Assembly (NCBI RefSeq): GCF_035084215.1
Contig: NW_027139328.1
Coordinates: 248,001-312,000 of the forward strand
Source: Heptranchias perlo
Lineage: Eukaryota
Direction of reading: 5' to 3'
Length of the DNA stretch: 64,000 bases
Within the stretch, counting starts at the first letter, position 1; every line of letters begins with the position of its first letter. The position numbers and the translations under genes were made by a program. Shown piece after piece: positions 12,501 to 25,774 of the stretch. The notes under the pieces are model-generated. The model did no database searches. It was not told the origin of the DNA and worked only from the letters and a program-made list of their open reading frames with translations.

Positions 12501-15500
12501 TATCAGTGCCCCCCCTTTCTCTGTCCTGTATTATCAGTGCCCCCCCTTTCTCTGTGCTGTATGATCAGTGCCCCCCCTTTCTCTGTCCTGTATTATCAGT
12601 GCCCCCCCTTTCTCAGTCCTGTATTATCAGTGCCCCCCTTTCTCTGTCCTGTATTATCAGTGCCCCCCCTTTCTCTGTCCTGTATTATCAGTGCCCCCCC
12701 TTTCCCTGTCCTGTATTATCAGTGCCCCCCCTTTCTCTGTGCTGTATTATCAGTGCCCCCCCTTTCTCTGTGCTGTATTATCAGTGCCCCCACTTTCTCA
12801 GTCCTGTATTATCAGTGCCCCCCCTTTCTCTGTGCTGTATTATCAGTGCCCCCCTTTCTCTGTGCTGTATTATCAGTGCCCCCACTTTCTCTGTCCTGTA
12901 TTATCAGTGCCCCCCCTTTCTCTGTCCTGTATTATCAGTGCCCCCCCTTTCTCAGTCCTGTATGATCAGTGCCCCCCCTTTCTCTGTCCTGTATTATCAG
13001 TGCCCCCCTTTTCTCTGTCCTGTATTATCAGTGCCCCCCCTTTCTCTGTCCTGTATTATCAGTGCCCCCCCTTTCTCTGTCCTGTATTATCAGTGCCCCC
13101 CCTTTCTCTGTGCTGTATTATCAGTGCCCCCCCTTTCTCTGTCCTGTATTATCAGTGCCCCCCCTTTCTCTGTGCTGTATTATCAGTGCCCCCCCTTTCT
13201 CAGTCCTGTATTATCAGTGCCCCCCCTTTTCTCTGTCCTGTATTATCAGTGCCCCCCCTTTCTCTGTCCTGTATTATCAGTGCCCCCCCTTTCTCTGTGC
13301 TGTATGATCAGTGCCCCCCCTTTCTCTGTCCTGTATTATCAGTGCCCCCCCTTTCTCTGTGCTGTATTATCAGTGGCCCCCTTCTCTGTGCTGTATTATC
13401 AGTGCCCCCCCTTTCTCTGTGCTGTATTGTCAGTGCCCCCCTTTCTCTGTCCTGTATTATCAGTGCCCCCCTTTCTCTGTCCTGTATTATCAGTGCCCCC
13501 CCTTTCTCTGTCCTGTATTATCAGTGCCCCCCCTTCTCTGTCCTGTATTATCAGTGCCCCCCCTTTCTCTGTCCTGTATTATCAGTGCCCCCCCTTCTCT
13601 GTGCTGTATTGTCAGTGCCCCCCTTTCTCTGTCCTGTATTATCAGTGCCCCCCTTTCTCTGTCCTTTATTATCAGTGCCCCCCCTTTCTCTGTCCTGTAT
13701 TATCAGTGCCCCCCTTCTCTGTCCTGTATTATCAGTGCCCCCCTTTCTCTGTCCTGTATTATCAGTGCCCCCCCTTCTCTGTCCTGTATTATCAGTGCCC
13801 CCCCTTTCTCTGTGCTGTATTATCAGTGGCCCCCTTCTCTGTGCTGTATTATCAGTGCCCCCCTTTCTCTGTCCTGTATTATCAGTGCCCCCCCTTTCTC
13901 TGTGCTGTATTATCAGTGGCCCCCTTCTCTGTGCTGTATTATCAGTGGCCCCCTTTCTCTGTGCTGTATTATCAGTGCCCCCCCTTTCTCTGTGCTGTAT
14001 TATCAGTGCCCCCCTTTCTCTGTCCTGTATTATCAGTGCCCCCCCTTTCTCAGTCCTGTATTATCAGTGCCCCCCCTTTCCCTGTCCTGTATTATCAGTG
14101 CCCCCCCTTTCTCTGTGCTGTATTATCAGTGCCCCCCCTTTCTCAGTCCTGTATGATCAGTGCCCCCCCCTTTCTCTGTGCTGTATGATCAGTGCCCCCC
14201 CTTTCTCTGTCCTGTATTATCAGTGGCCCCCCTTTCTCTGTGCTGTATTATCAGTGCCCCCACTTTCTCTGTGCTGTATTATCAGTGCCCCCCCTTTCTC
14301 TGTGCTATATTATCAGTGCCCCCCTTTCTCTGTCCTGTATTATCAGTGCCCCCCCTTTCCCTGTGCTGTATTATCAGTGCCCCCCTTTCTCTGTCCTGTA
14401 TTATCAGTGCCCCCCCTATTCTCTGTCCTGTATTATCAGTGCCCCCCCTTTCTCTGTCCTGTATTATCAGTGCCCCCCTTTCTCTGTCCTGTATTATCAG
14501 TGCCCCCCTTTCTCTGTCCTGTATTATCAGTGCCCCCCCTTTCTCTGTGCTGTATTATCAGTGCCCCCCTTTCTCTGTCCTGTATTATCAGTGCCCCCCC
14601 TTTCTCTGTGCTGTATTATCAGTGCCCCCCCTTTCTCTGTGCTGTATTATCAGTGCCCCCCCTTTCTCTGTGCTGTATTATCAGTGCCCCCCCTTTCTCT
14701 GTGCTGTATTATCAGTGCCCCCCTTTCTCTGTCCTGTATTATCAGTGCCCCCCCTTTCTCAGTCCTGTATTATCAGTGCCCCCCCTTTCCCTGTGCTGTA
14801 TTATCAGTGCCCCCCCTTTCTCTGTGCTGTATTATCAGTGCCCCCCCTTTCTCTGTGCTGTATTATCAGTGCCCCCCCTTTCTCTGTGCTGTATTATCAG
14901 TGCCCCCCCTTTCTCTGTGCTGTATTATCAGTGCCCCCCCTTTCTCTGTGCTGTATTATCAGTGCCCCCCCTTTCTCTGTGCTGTATTATCAGTGCCCCC
15001 CCTTTCTCTGTGCTGTATTATCAGTGCCCCCCTTTCTCTGTCCTGTATTATCAGTGCCCCCCCTTTCCCTGTGCTGTATTATCAGTGCCCCCCTTTCTCT
15101 GTGCTGTATTATCAGTGCCCCCCCTTTCCCTGTGCTGTATTATCAGTGCCCCCCCTTTCTCTGTGCTGTATTATCAGTGCCCCCCTTTCTCTGTGCTGTA
15201 TTATCAGTGCCCCCCCTTTCTCTGTCCTGTATTATCAGTGCCCCCCCTTTCCCTGTGCTGTATTATCAGTGCCCCCCTTCCCTGTGCTGTATTATCAGTG
15301 CCCCCCCTTTCCCTGTGCTGTATTATCAGTGCCCCCCCTTCCCTGTGCTGTATTATCAGTGCCCCCCCTTTCCCTGTGCTGTATTATCAGTGCCCCCCCT
15401 TTCCCTATCCCTGTGCTGTATTATCAGTGCCCCCCCTTTCCTTGTGCTGTATTATCAGTGCCCCCCCTTTCCCTGTGCTGTATTATCAGTGCCCCCCCTT

Positions 15501-18500
15501 TCCCTGTCCTGTATTATCAGTGCCCCCCCTTTCCCTGTGCTGTATTATCAGTGCCCCCCCTTTCCCTGTGCTGTATTATCAGTGCCCCCCCTTTCCCTGT
15601 CCTGTATTATCAGTGCCCCCCCTTTCTCAGTCCTGTATTATCAGTGCCCCCCCTTTCCCTGTGCTGTATTATCAGTGCCCCCCCTTTCCCTGTCCTGTAT
15701 TATCAGTGCCCCCCCTTTCCCTGTCCTGTATTATCAGTGCCCCCCCTTTCTCTGTCCTGTATTATCAGTGCCCCCCCTTTCTCTGTGCTGTATTATCAGT
15801 GCCCCCCCTTTCCCTGTGCTGTATTATCAGTGCCCCCCCTTTCCCTGTCCTGTATTATCAGTGCCCCCCCTTTCCCTGTGCTGTATTATCAGTGCCCCCC
15901 CTTTCCCTGTGCTGTATTATCAGTGCCCCCCCTTTCCCTGTGCTGTATTATCAGTGCCCCCCCTTTCCCAGTGCTGTATTATCAGTGCCCCCCCTTTCTC
16001 TGTCCTGTATTATCAGTGCCCCCCCTTTCTCAGTCCTGTATTATCAGTGCCCCCCCTTCCCTGTGCTGTATTATCAGTGCCCCCCCTTTCTCAGTCCTGT
16101 ATTATCAGTGCCCCCCCTTTCCCTGTGCTGTATTATCAGTGCCCCCCCCCCTTTCCCTGTGCTGTATTATCAGTGCCCCCCCCCTTTCCCTGTGCTGTAT
16201 TATCAGTGCCCCCCCCCTTTCCCTGTCCTGTATTATCAGTGCCCCCCCCCTTTCCCTGTGCTGTATTATCAGTGCCCCCCCCCTTTCCCTGTCCTGTATT
16301 ATCAGTGCCCCCCCCCTTTCCCTGTGCTGTATTATCAGTGCCCCCCCTTTCCCTGTCCTGTATTATCAGTGCCCCCCCTTTCTCTGTGCTGTATTATCAG
16401 TGCCCCCCCTTTCTCAGTCCTGTATTATCAGTGCCCCCCTTTCTCTGTGCTGTATTATCAGTGCCCCCCCTTTCTCAGTCCTGTATTATCAGTGCCCCCC
16501 CTTTCCCTGTGCTGTATTATCAGTGCCCCCCTTTCTCTGTCCTGTATTATCAGTGCCCCCCCTTTCTCTGTGCTGTATTATCAGTGCCCCCCCTTTCCCT
16601 GTGCTGTATTATCAGTGCCCCCCTTTCTCTGTGCTGTATTATCAGTGCCCCCCCTTTCCCTGTCCTGTATTATCAGTGCCCCCCTTTCCCTGTCCTGTAT
16701 TATCAGTGCCCCCCCTTTCTCTGTGCTGTATTATCAGTGCCCCCCCTTTCTCTGTGCTGTATTATCAGTGCCCCCCCTTTCTCTGTGCTGTATTATCAGT
16801 GCCCCCCCTTTCTCTGTGCTGTATTATCAGTGCCCCCCCTTTCTCTGTGCTGTATTATCAGTGCCCCCCTTTCCCTGTGCTGTATTATCAGTGCCCCCCC
16901 TTTCTCTGTGCTGTATTATCAGTGCCCCCCTTTCTCTGTGCTGTATTATCAGTGCCCCCCCTTTCTCTGTGCTGTATTATCAGTGCCCCCCTTTCTCTGT
17001 GCTGTATTATCAGTGCCCCCCCTTTCTCTGTGCTGTATTATCAGTGCCCCCCCTTTCTCTGTGCTGTTTTATCAGTGCCCCCCTTTCTCTGTCCTGTATT
17101 ATCAGTGCCCCCCCCTTTCTCTGTCCTGTATTATCAGAGCCCCCCCCTTTCCCTGTCCTGTATTATCAGTGCCCCCCCTTTCCCTGTCCTGTATTATCAG
17201 TGCCCCCCCTTTCTCTGTGCTGTATTATCAGTGCCCCCCCTTTCTCTGTCCTGTATTATCAGTGCCCCCCTTTCTCTGTGCTGTATTATCAGTGCCCCCC
17301 CTTTCTCTGTGCTGTATTATCAGTGCCCCCCCTTTCTCTGTGCTGTATTATCAGTGCCCCCCCTTTCTCTGTGCTGTATTATCAGTGCCCCCCCTTTCTC
17401 TGTCCTGTATTATCAGTGCCCCCCCTTTCTCTGTCCTGTATTATCAGTGCCCCCCCTTTCTCTGTGCTGTATTATCAGTGCCCCCCCTTTCTCTGTGCTG
17501 TATTATCAGTGCCCCCCTTTCTCTGTCCTGTATTATCAGTGCCCCCCCCTTTCTCTGTGCTGTATTATCAGTGCCCCCCCTTTCTCTGTGCTGTGTTATC
17601 AGTGCCCCCCCTTTCTCAGTCCTGTATTATCAGTGCCCCCCTTTCCCTGTGCTGTATTATCAGTGCCCCCCCCTTTCTCTGTGCTGTATTATCAGTGCCC
17701 CCCCTTTCTCTGTGCTGTATTATCAGTGCCCCCCTTTCCCTGTGCTGTATTATCAGTGCCCCCCCCTTTCTCTGTGCTGTATTATCAGTGCCCCCCCTTT
17801 CTCTGTGCTGTATTATCAGTGCCCCCCCCTTTCTCTGTGCTGTATTATCAGTGCCCCCCCCTTTCCCTGTCCTGTATTATCAGTGCCCCCCCTTTCTCTG
17901 TGCTGTATTATCAGTGCCCCCCCTTTCCCTGTGCTGTATTATCAGTGCCCCCCCTTTCTCTGCTGTATTATCAGTGCCCCCCCTTTCCCTGTGCTGTATT
18001 ATCAGTGCCCCCCCTTTCCCTGTGCTGTATTATCAGTGCCCCCCCTTTCTCTGTGCTGTATTATCAGTGCCCCCCCTTTCCCTGTGCTGTATTATCAGTG
18101 CCCCCCCTTTCTCTGTGCTGTATTATCAGTGCCCCCCCTTTCTCTGCTGTATTATCAGTGCCCCCCCTTTCCCTGTGCTGTATTATCAGTGCCCCCCCTT
18201 TCTCTGTGCTGTATTATCAGTGCCCCCCCTTTCCCTGTGCTGTATTATCAGTGCCCCCCCTTTCCCTGTCCTGTATTATCAGTGCCCCCCCTTTCTCTGC
18301 TGTATTATCAGTGCCCCCCCTTTCTCAGTGCTGTATTATCAGTGCCCCCCTTTCTCAGTCCTGTATTATCAGTGCCCCCCTTTCTCTGTCCTGTATTATC
18401 AGTGCCCCCCCTTTCTCAGTCCTGTATTATCAGTGCCCCCCCTTTCTCTGTCCTGTATTATCAGTGCCCCCCCTTTCCCTGTGCTGTATTATCAGTGCCC

Positions 18501-21500
18501 CCCCTTTCCCTGTGCTGTATTATCAGTGCCCCCCTTTCTCTGTCCTGTATTATCAGTGCCCCCCCTTTCTCTGTCCTGTATTATCAGTGCCCCCCCTTTC
18601 TCTGTCCTGTATTATCAGTGCCCCCCTTCTCTGTGCTGTATTATCAGTGCCCCCCCTTTCTCTGTCCTGTATTATCAGTGCCCCCCCTTCTCTGTGCTGT
18701 ATTATCAGTGCCCCCCCTTTCTCTGTGCTGTATTATCAGTGCCCCCCTTTCTCTGTGCTGTATTATCAGTGCCCCCCCTTTCTCTGTGCTGTATTATCAG
18801 TGCCCCCCCCCTTTCTCTGTGCTGTATTATCAGTGCCCCCCCTTTCTCTGTGCTGTATTATCAGTGCCCCCCTTTCTCTGTGCTGTATTATCAGTGCCCC
18901 CCCTTTCTCTGTGCTGTATTATCAGTGCCCCCCCTTTCTCTGTGCTGTATTATCAGTGCCCCCCCCCTTTCTCTGTCCTGTATTATCAGTGCCCCCCCTT
19001 TCTCTGTGCTGTATTATCAGTGCCCCCCTTTCTCTGTGCTGTATTATCAGTGCCCCCCCTTTCTCTGTGCTGTATTATCAGTGCCCCCCTTTCTCTGTGC
19101 TGTATTATCAGTGCCCCCCCTTTCCCTGTGCTGTATTATCAGTGCCCCCCCTTTCTCTGTGCTGTATTATCAGTGCCCCCCCCTTTCTCTGTGCTGTATT
19201 ATCAGTGCCCCCCCTTTCTCTGTCCTGTATTATCAGTGCCCCCCTTCTCTGTGCTGTATTATCAGTGCCCCCCCTTTCTCTGTGCTGTATTATCAGTGCC
19301 CCCCCCTTTCTCTGTGCTGTATTATCAGTGCCCCCCTTTCTCTGTGCTGTATTATCAGTGCCCCCCTTCTCTGTGCTGTATTATCAGTGCCCCCCCTTTC
19401 CCTGTGCTGTATTATCAGTGCCCCCCCTTTCTCTGTGCTGTATTATCAGTGCCCCCCCTTTCTCTGTCCTGTATTATCAGTGCCCCCCCTTCTCTGTGCT
19501 GTATTATCAGTGCCCCCCCTTTCTCTGTGCTGTATTATCAGTGCCCCCCCTTTCTCTGTCCTGTATTATCAGTGCCCCCCCTTTCTCTGTGCTGTATTAT
19601 CAGTGCCCCCCCTTTCTCTGTGCTGTATTATCAGTGCCCCCCGTTTCTCAGTGCTGTATTATCAGTGCCCCCCCTTTCCCCGTGCTGTATTATCAGTGCC
19701 CCCCCTTTCCCTGTGCTGTATTATCAGTGCCCCCCTTTCTCTGCTGTATTATCAGTGCCCCCCCTTTCTCTGTGCTGTATTATCAGTGCCCCCCCTCTCT
19801 CTGTGCTGTATTATCAGTGCCCCCCTTTCTCTGTGCTGTATTATCAGTGCCCCCCCTTTCTCTGTGCTGTATTATCAGTGCCCCCCCTTTCTCTGTCCTG
19901 TATTATCAGTGCCCCCCCTTTCTCTGTGCTGTATTATCAGTGCCCCCCCTTTCCCTGTGCTGTATTATCAGTGCCCCCCCCTTTCTCTGTGCTGTATTAT
20001 CAGTGCCCCCCCTTTCTCTGTGCTGTATTATCAGTGCCCCCCCTTTCTCTGTGCTGTATTATCAGTGCCCCCCCTTTCTCTGTGCTGTATTATCAGTGCC
20101 CCCCCTTTCTCTGTGCTGTATTATCAGTGCCCCCCCTTTCTCTGTCCTGTATTATCAGTGCCCCCCCCTTTCTCTGTGCTGTATTATCAGTGCCCCCCCT
20201 TTCTCTGTGCTGTATTATCAGTGCCCCCCCTTTCTCTGTCCTGTATTATCAGTGCCCCCCCCTTTCTCTGTGCTGTATTATCAGTGCCCCCCCTTTCTCT
20301 GTGCTGTATTATCAGTGCCCCCCCTTTCTCAGTCCTGTATTATCAGTGCCCCCCCCTTTCCCCGTGCTGTATGATCAGTGCCCCCCCTTTCTCTGTGCTG
20401 TATTATCAGTGCCCCCCTTTCTCTGTGCTGTATTATCAGTGCCCCCCCTTTCCCCGTGCTGTATGATCAGTGCCCCCCCTTTCTCTGTGCTGTATTATCA
20501 GTGCCCCCCCTTTCTCTGTCCTGTATTATCAGTGCCCCCCCTTTCTCTGTCCTGTATTATCAGTGCCCCCCCTTTCTCTGTGCTGTATTATCAGTGCCCC
20601 CCCTTTCTCTGTGCTGTATTATCAGTGCCCCCCCTTTCTCTGTCCTGTATTATCAGTGCCCCCCCTTTCTCTGTCCTGTATTATCAGTGCCCCCCCTTTC
20701 TCTGTGCTGTATTATCAGTGCCCCCCTTTCTCTGTGCTGTATTATCAGTGCCCCCCTTTCTCTGTGCTGTATTATCAGTGCCCCCCTTTCTCTGTGCTGT
20801 ATTATCAGTGCCCCCCCTTTCTCTGTCCTGTATTATCAGTGCCCCCCCTTTCTCTGTGCTGTATTATCAGTGCCCCCCCTTTCTCTGTCCTGTATTATCA
20901 GTGCCCCCCCTTTCTCTGTGCTGTATTATCAGTGCCCCCCTTTCTCTGTGCTGTATTATCAGTGCCCCCCCTTTCTCTGTGCTGTATTATCAGTGCCCCC
21001 CGTTTCTCAGTGCTGTATTATCAGTGCCCCCCCTTTCTCAGTGCTGTATTATCAGTGCCCCCCCTTTCCTTGTGCTGTATTATCAGTGCCCCCCCTTTCC
21101 CTGTGCTGTATTATCAGTGCCCCCCCTTTCTCTGCTGTATTATCAGTGCCCCCCCTTTCTCTGCTGTATTATCAGTGCCCCCCCTTTCTCTGCTGTATTA
21201 TCAGTGCCCCCCCTTTCTCTGTGCTGTATTATCAGTGCCCCCCCTTTCCCTGTGCTGTATTATCAGTGCCCCCCCTTTCTCTGCTGTATTATCAGTGCCC
21301 CCCCTTTCTCTGTGCTGTATTATCAGTGCCCCCCCTTTCTCTGTCCTGTATTATCAGTGCCCCCCCTTTCTCTGCTGTATTATCAGTGCTCCCCCCTATC
21401 TCTGTGCTGTATTATCAGTGCCCCCCCTTTCTCTGTGCTGTATTATCAGTGCCCCCCTTTCCCTGTCCTGTATTATCAGTGCCCCCCCTTTCTCAGTGCT

Positions 21501-21950
21501 GTATTATCAGTGCCCCCCCTTTCCTTGTGCTGTATTATCAGTGCCCCCCCTTTCCCTGTGCTGTATTATCAGTGCCCCCCTTTCTCTGCTGTATTATCAG
21601 TGCCCCCCCTTTCTCTGTGCTGTATTATCAGTGCCCCCCCTTTCCCTGTCCTGTATTATCAGTGCCCCCCCTTTCTCTGTCCTGTATTATCAGTGCCCCC
21701 CCTTTCTCTGCTGTATTATCAGTGCTCCCCCCTATCTCTGTGCTGTATTATCAGTGCCCCCCCTTTCCCTGTGCTGTATTATCAGTGCCCCCCCTTTCTC
21801 TGTGCTGTATTATCAGTGCCCCCCTTTCTCTGTGCTGTATTATCAGTGCCCCCCCTTTCTCTGTGCTGTATTATCAGTGCCCCCCCTTTCTCTGTGCTGT
21901 ATTATCAGTGCCCCCCCTTTCTCTGTGCTGTATTATCAGTGCCCCCTTTT
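3573..21950. repeat. Giant minisatellite, ~31 bp unit (CTGTATTATCAGTGCCCCCCCTTTCTCTGTG), roughly 600 copies
   Basis: Uninterrupted 18.4-kb tandem array; variation is in C-run length and a few variant positions. Confidence 0.99.
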
Positions 21951-23351
21951 TCCATGGGAGGGAGCCAGCCCGCTGCTGCTGCCTCCAGTTTCTACTCTGA
22001 AATGGTGTCAGGTTTCTGTTCCCCATGCCTCTCTCCAGGAGTCAGTTCGATCTGTCAATGTGCTGAACTTCCTCACATCAGTCCTGGATTTGCTTTTTAT
22101 TAGTTTTAACCTCTGATCTCGTCCTGCTGTCGCAATTTAATTTCAAGTTTTATTTCCCACATTTCCATTTCTTTAACGATCTCACACGTCTCTGAGATCA
22201 CCTCTCTGGACTTTCCTCACCACTCAGTCCTTTGGCCCGAGAGATCAGCCTGCACTTTCTCAACTGCTTCTGTCTCAACCATCCGATTTGGATTTCTCAA
22301 GCTGTGATCTCCCCAGAGCACTCGACTGTTTGATCGCAGCCGCTACCCCACTGCTTTGGCCGGTGCAGTTCACCATCCTGTTGGCTCTGCATAGGTTGGA
22401 CATGGTGAATGTTCAGTCTACTGAGACTCTTCGACCGTCTCTGAAGACGGATGAAGATTTCACTGGAGGCGATCACTCGTTCATTGTGAAAATCAATTGC
22501 AATGTTTTGTATTTGCTAAAACCCAACTGGCAGTGTTGCAGCAGAAAGTGTCTGTGTGCCGATCATTATATCCAGTGTGTTGGGTATACAGGTCAGTGAA
22601 TCAAGGGATTATAGCAAATACTAATTACTTAACACTCTTATTGTGAAATGCTGCATTGAGCATAAAAAGTACTAACTTTATTTATTTCCAATGTAATAAG
22701 TGTTAATAGGAATTCAGTGATTGAATTGATAGGGGTGTCTGTCTATAAAAGATTGTATTAAATGTATTTATGCCTATTTATTACCAGGACCTATCTATCC
22801 TAATCTTGCAATGTAACCACGCCTCTGTAACTTGAGTTTCTCTGTGTCCGCCGCTCCGGACCTGAGCCCATTGCTTCTATTTCCCTCTTTTTTATCATCT
22901 TTCCTCTTCACCCCTCCTGGGCCCCTCTCTCCTGTCCTTTCATATCTCCCCTCTCGAGTACTCTGCCCCCTCCCAAATCCCTATCCCAACCCTTCAGCAT
23001 TCCTCGACCTTCCTACTCTCCTGTCGTCGTCCCAGGCTTGATTCCCTCTTAGATAATCCCACAGCGTCCCTCTGTGCCTCTCTTGGCATCTTCCGAAGGG
23101 CCCATCCCGGCACTCGTCGCTGCCTCCTTACGAGCAGCAACCCCGACTGTCCCACCCCACTCTCTCACCGACCTTCCCACCCAGTGTGCCTGCTGGGGGC
23201 TAATCTTGCCCATCTCCTTCCTGTCCCACTCACCCCTCCCAGCGCTGACCCTGTGGATTCTGTCAGTGGATCAGCCATGATCTGATTGAATGGCAGAGCA
23301 GGCTCGAGGGGCCGATTGGCCTACTCCTGCTCCTATTTCTTATGTTCTTGT

Positions 23352-24645
23352 ACGGCCCCTCGAGCCTGCTCCGCCATTCAGTAAGATCATGGCTGATTTT
23401 CAACCTCAACTCTATTTCCCACCTGATCCCCATATCCCTCGATTCCCCAAGAGTCCAAAAATCTATCGATCTCAGCCTTGAATATATTCAACGACTGAGC
23501 ATCCACAGCCCTCTGGGGTAGAGAATTCAAAAGATTCACATCCCTCTGAGTGAAGAAATTCCTCCTCATCTCAGTTTTGAATGGCCGACCCCTTATCCTG
23601 AGACTATGCCCCCTAGTTCTAGACTCTTCAGCCAGGGGAAACAATCTCTCAGCATCTACCCTGTCGAGCCCCCTCAGAATCTTATGTTTCAATGAGATCA
23701 CCTCTCATTCTTCTAAACTCCAGAGAGTATCGGCCCATTCTACTCACCCTCTCATCCCAGGAATCAATCTGGTGAACCTTTGTTGCACCGCCTCTAAGGC
23801 AAGTATATCCTTCCTTAGATAAGGAGACCAAAACTGTACACGGGTCTCACCGAAGCTCTATACAATTGTAGCAAGATTTCCTTACTCTTGTACTCCAATC
23901 CCCCTTGCAATAAAGGCCAACATTAGAATCATAGAAGTTTACAACATGGAAACAGGCCCTTCGGCCCAACATGTCCATGTCGCCCAGTTTATACCACTAA
24001 GCTAGTCCCAATTGCCTGCACTTGGCCCATATCCCTCTATACCCATCTTACCCATGTAACTGTCCAAATGCTTTTTAAAAGACAAAATTGTACCCGCCTC
24101 TACTACTGCCTCTGGCAGCTCGTTCCAGACACTCACCACCCTTTGAGTGAAAAAATTGCCCCTCTGGACCTTTTTGTATCTCTCCCCTCTCACCTTAAAT
24201 CTATGCCCCCTTGTTATAGACTCCCCTACCTTTGGGAAAAGATTTTGACTATCTACCTTATCTATGCCCCTCATTATTTTATAGACTTCTATAAGATCCC
24301 CCCCAAAACCTCCTACTCTCCAAGGAGAAAAGCCTCAGTCTATCCAACCTCTCCCTATAAGTCAAACCATCAAGTCCCAGTAGCATCCTAGTAAATCTTT
24401 TCTGCACTCTTTCTAGTTTAATAATATCCTTTCTATAATAGGGTGACCAGAACTGGACACAGTAAACATTCCATTTGTCTCCCTAATTGCCTGCTGTCCC
24501 TGCATGTACGAGGACACGCAGATCTCTCTAAACACCAGCATTTAATTGTTTCTCACCATTTAAAAAAAATTCTGCTTTTCTATTCTTCCTACCAAAGTGA
24601 ATAACCTCACATTTCCCCACATTATATTCCATCTGCCACCTTCTT
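23352..24645 (-). mobile_element. 5'-truncated CR1 LINE (host of the 23925-24464 insertion)
   Basis: ORF 23387..23701 gives the CR1 ORF2 C-terminus (RTRGHSLRI..MRRNFFTQR). The sequence resumes after 24470. Confidence 0.85.
23925..24464 (-). mobile_element. 5'-truncated CR1 (CATAGAAT-tail family) with 6-bp TSD AACATT
   Basis: ORF 24002..24274 is a CR1 C-terminus. AACATT occurs at 23919-23924 and 24465-24470. Same family as the 61116 element. Confidence 0.9.
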
Positions 24646-25774
24646 GCCCATTCATTGTGTTCACTGAAATTGAGGCCATCCGTCCAGCTCCCTCCCTCCC
24701 CCTAGCCCACCGAGCCAAACTTCCTCTCCGGTTCCTCCCAGCCCTGGCCCTGAACTCTCATCTTTCTCTCGTTTCTCTCCTATCTCCCCTCATGCCCTCT
24801 CTGAGCTCATCTTGACCATGAGACCCACCTCCTGCTCCCTCGACCCTATTGGCACCAATCTGCTGACCACCCAACTTCCCTTCCTGACCCCCATGTTAGC
24901 TGATATTGTTAACGGTTCCCTCTCCTCAGGTACTGTCCCCCTCCCCATCAAATCTGCCATCATCACCCCCTCCTCAAAAAACCCACCCATGAACCCTCTG
25001 ATCCTGCAAACTCCCGCCCCATCTCCACCCTCCCTTTCCTCTCCAAAGTCCTTGAATGTTTTGTCACCTCCCAAATCCATGCCCATCTTTCCCACAACTC
25101 CATGTTTGAATCCCTCCAATCAGGTTTCCACCCCTGTCACAGTACTGAAACGGCCCTGATCGAAGTCACAAATGACATCCTCTGTGACTGTGACCGTGGT
25201 AAACGATCCCTCCTCATCCTTCTCCACCTGTCTGCAGCCGTTGACCACACCATCCTCCTCCAACACCTCTCCTCCATCGTCCAGCTGGGTGGGACTGCGC
25301 TCACCTGGTTCCATTCTTATCTATCCAGTCGTAGCCAGAGAATCACCTGCAATGGCTTCTCTTCCCACTCCCGCACCTACATTGGCTCCCGGTCCGGTAA
25401 CGCCTCGATTTTAAAATTCTCATCCTTGTTTTCAAATCCCTCCCTATCTCTGTGACCTCCTCCAGCCGTACAACGCTCCGAGATCTCTGCTCTCCTCCAA
25501 TTCTTGCCTCTTGCGCATCCCTGATTTTAACTGCTCCACCATTGGCGGCCATGCCTTCAGCTGCCTAGGCCATAAGCTCTGGAATTCCCTCCCTAATCCT
25601 CTTTACCTCTCTCTCCTCCTTTAAGACGCTCCTTAAAACCTACCTCTTTGACCAAGGCAATGGTCCTTATGTGGTTTGGTGTCATATGTTTGATAATCGC
25701 TCCTGTGAAGCGTCTTGGGAAGTTTTACTACGCTAAAGTCACTATATAAATGCAAGTATTACTTTTCAGTCGCA

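Larger units (their letters stand above)
22830..25760 (+). mobile_element. Degenerate L2-clade LINE, interrupted by CR1 pieces at ~23269-24650
   Basis: 24812-25455 encodes L2-type RT fragments (PTSCSLDPI..LADIVNGSLSSGTVP; FESLQSGF.P.HSTETAL..VTNDIL..LSAAVDHTILL). 3' end reads CTATATAAATGCAAGT at ~25742-25757. The 5' part (22830-23265) is assigned less securely. Confidence 0.75.

Noticed and set aside
3421-22116. Very long ORFs (up to 2647 aa) as real genes
   Set aside because: They are translations of a stop-free 31-bp satellite, the same peptide in all frames with constant frameshifts.
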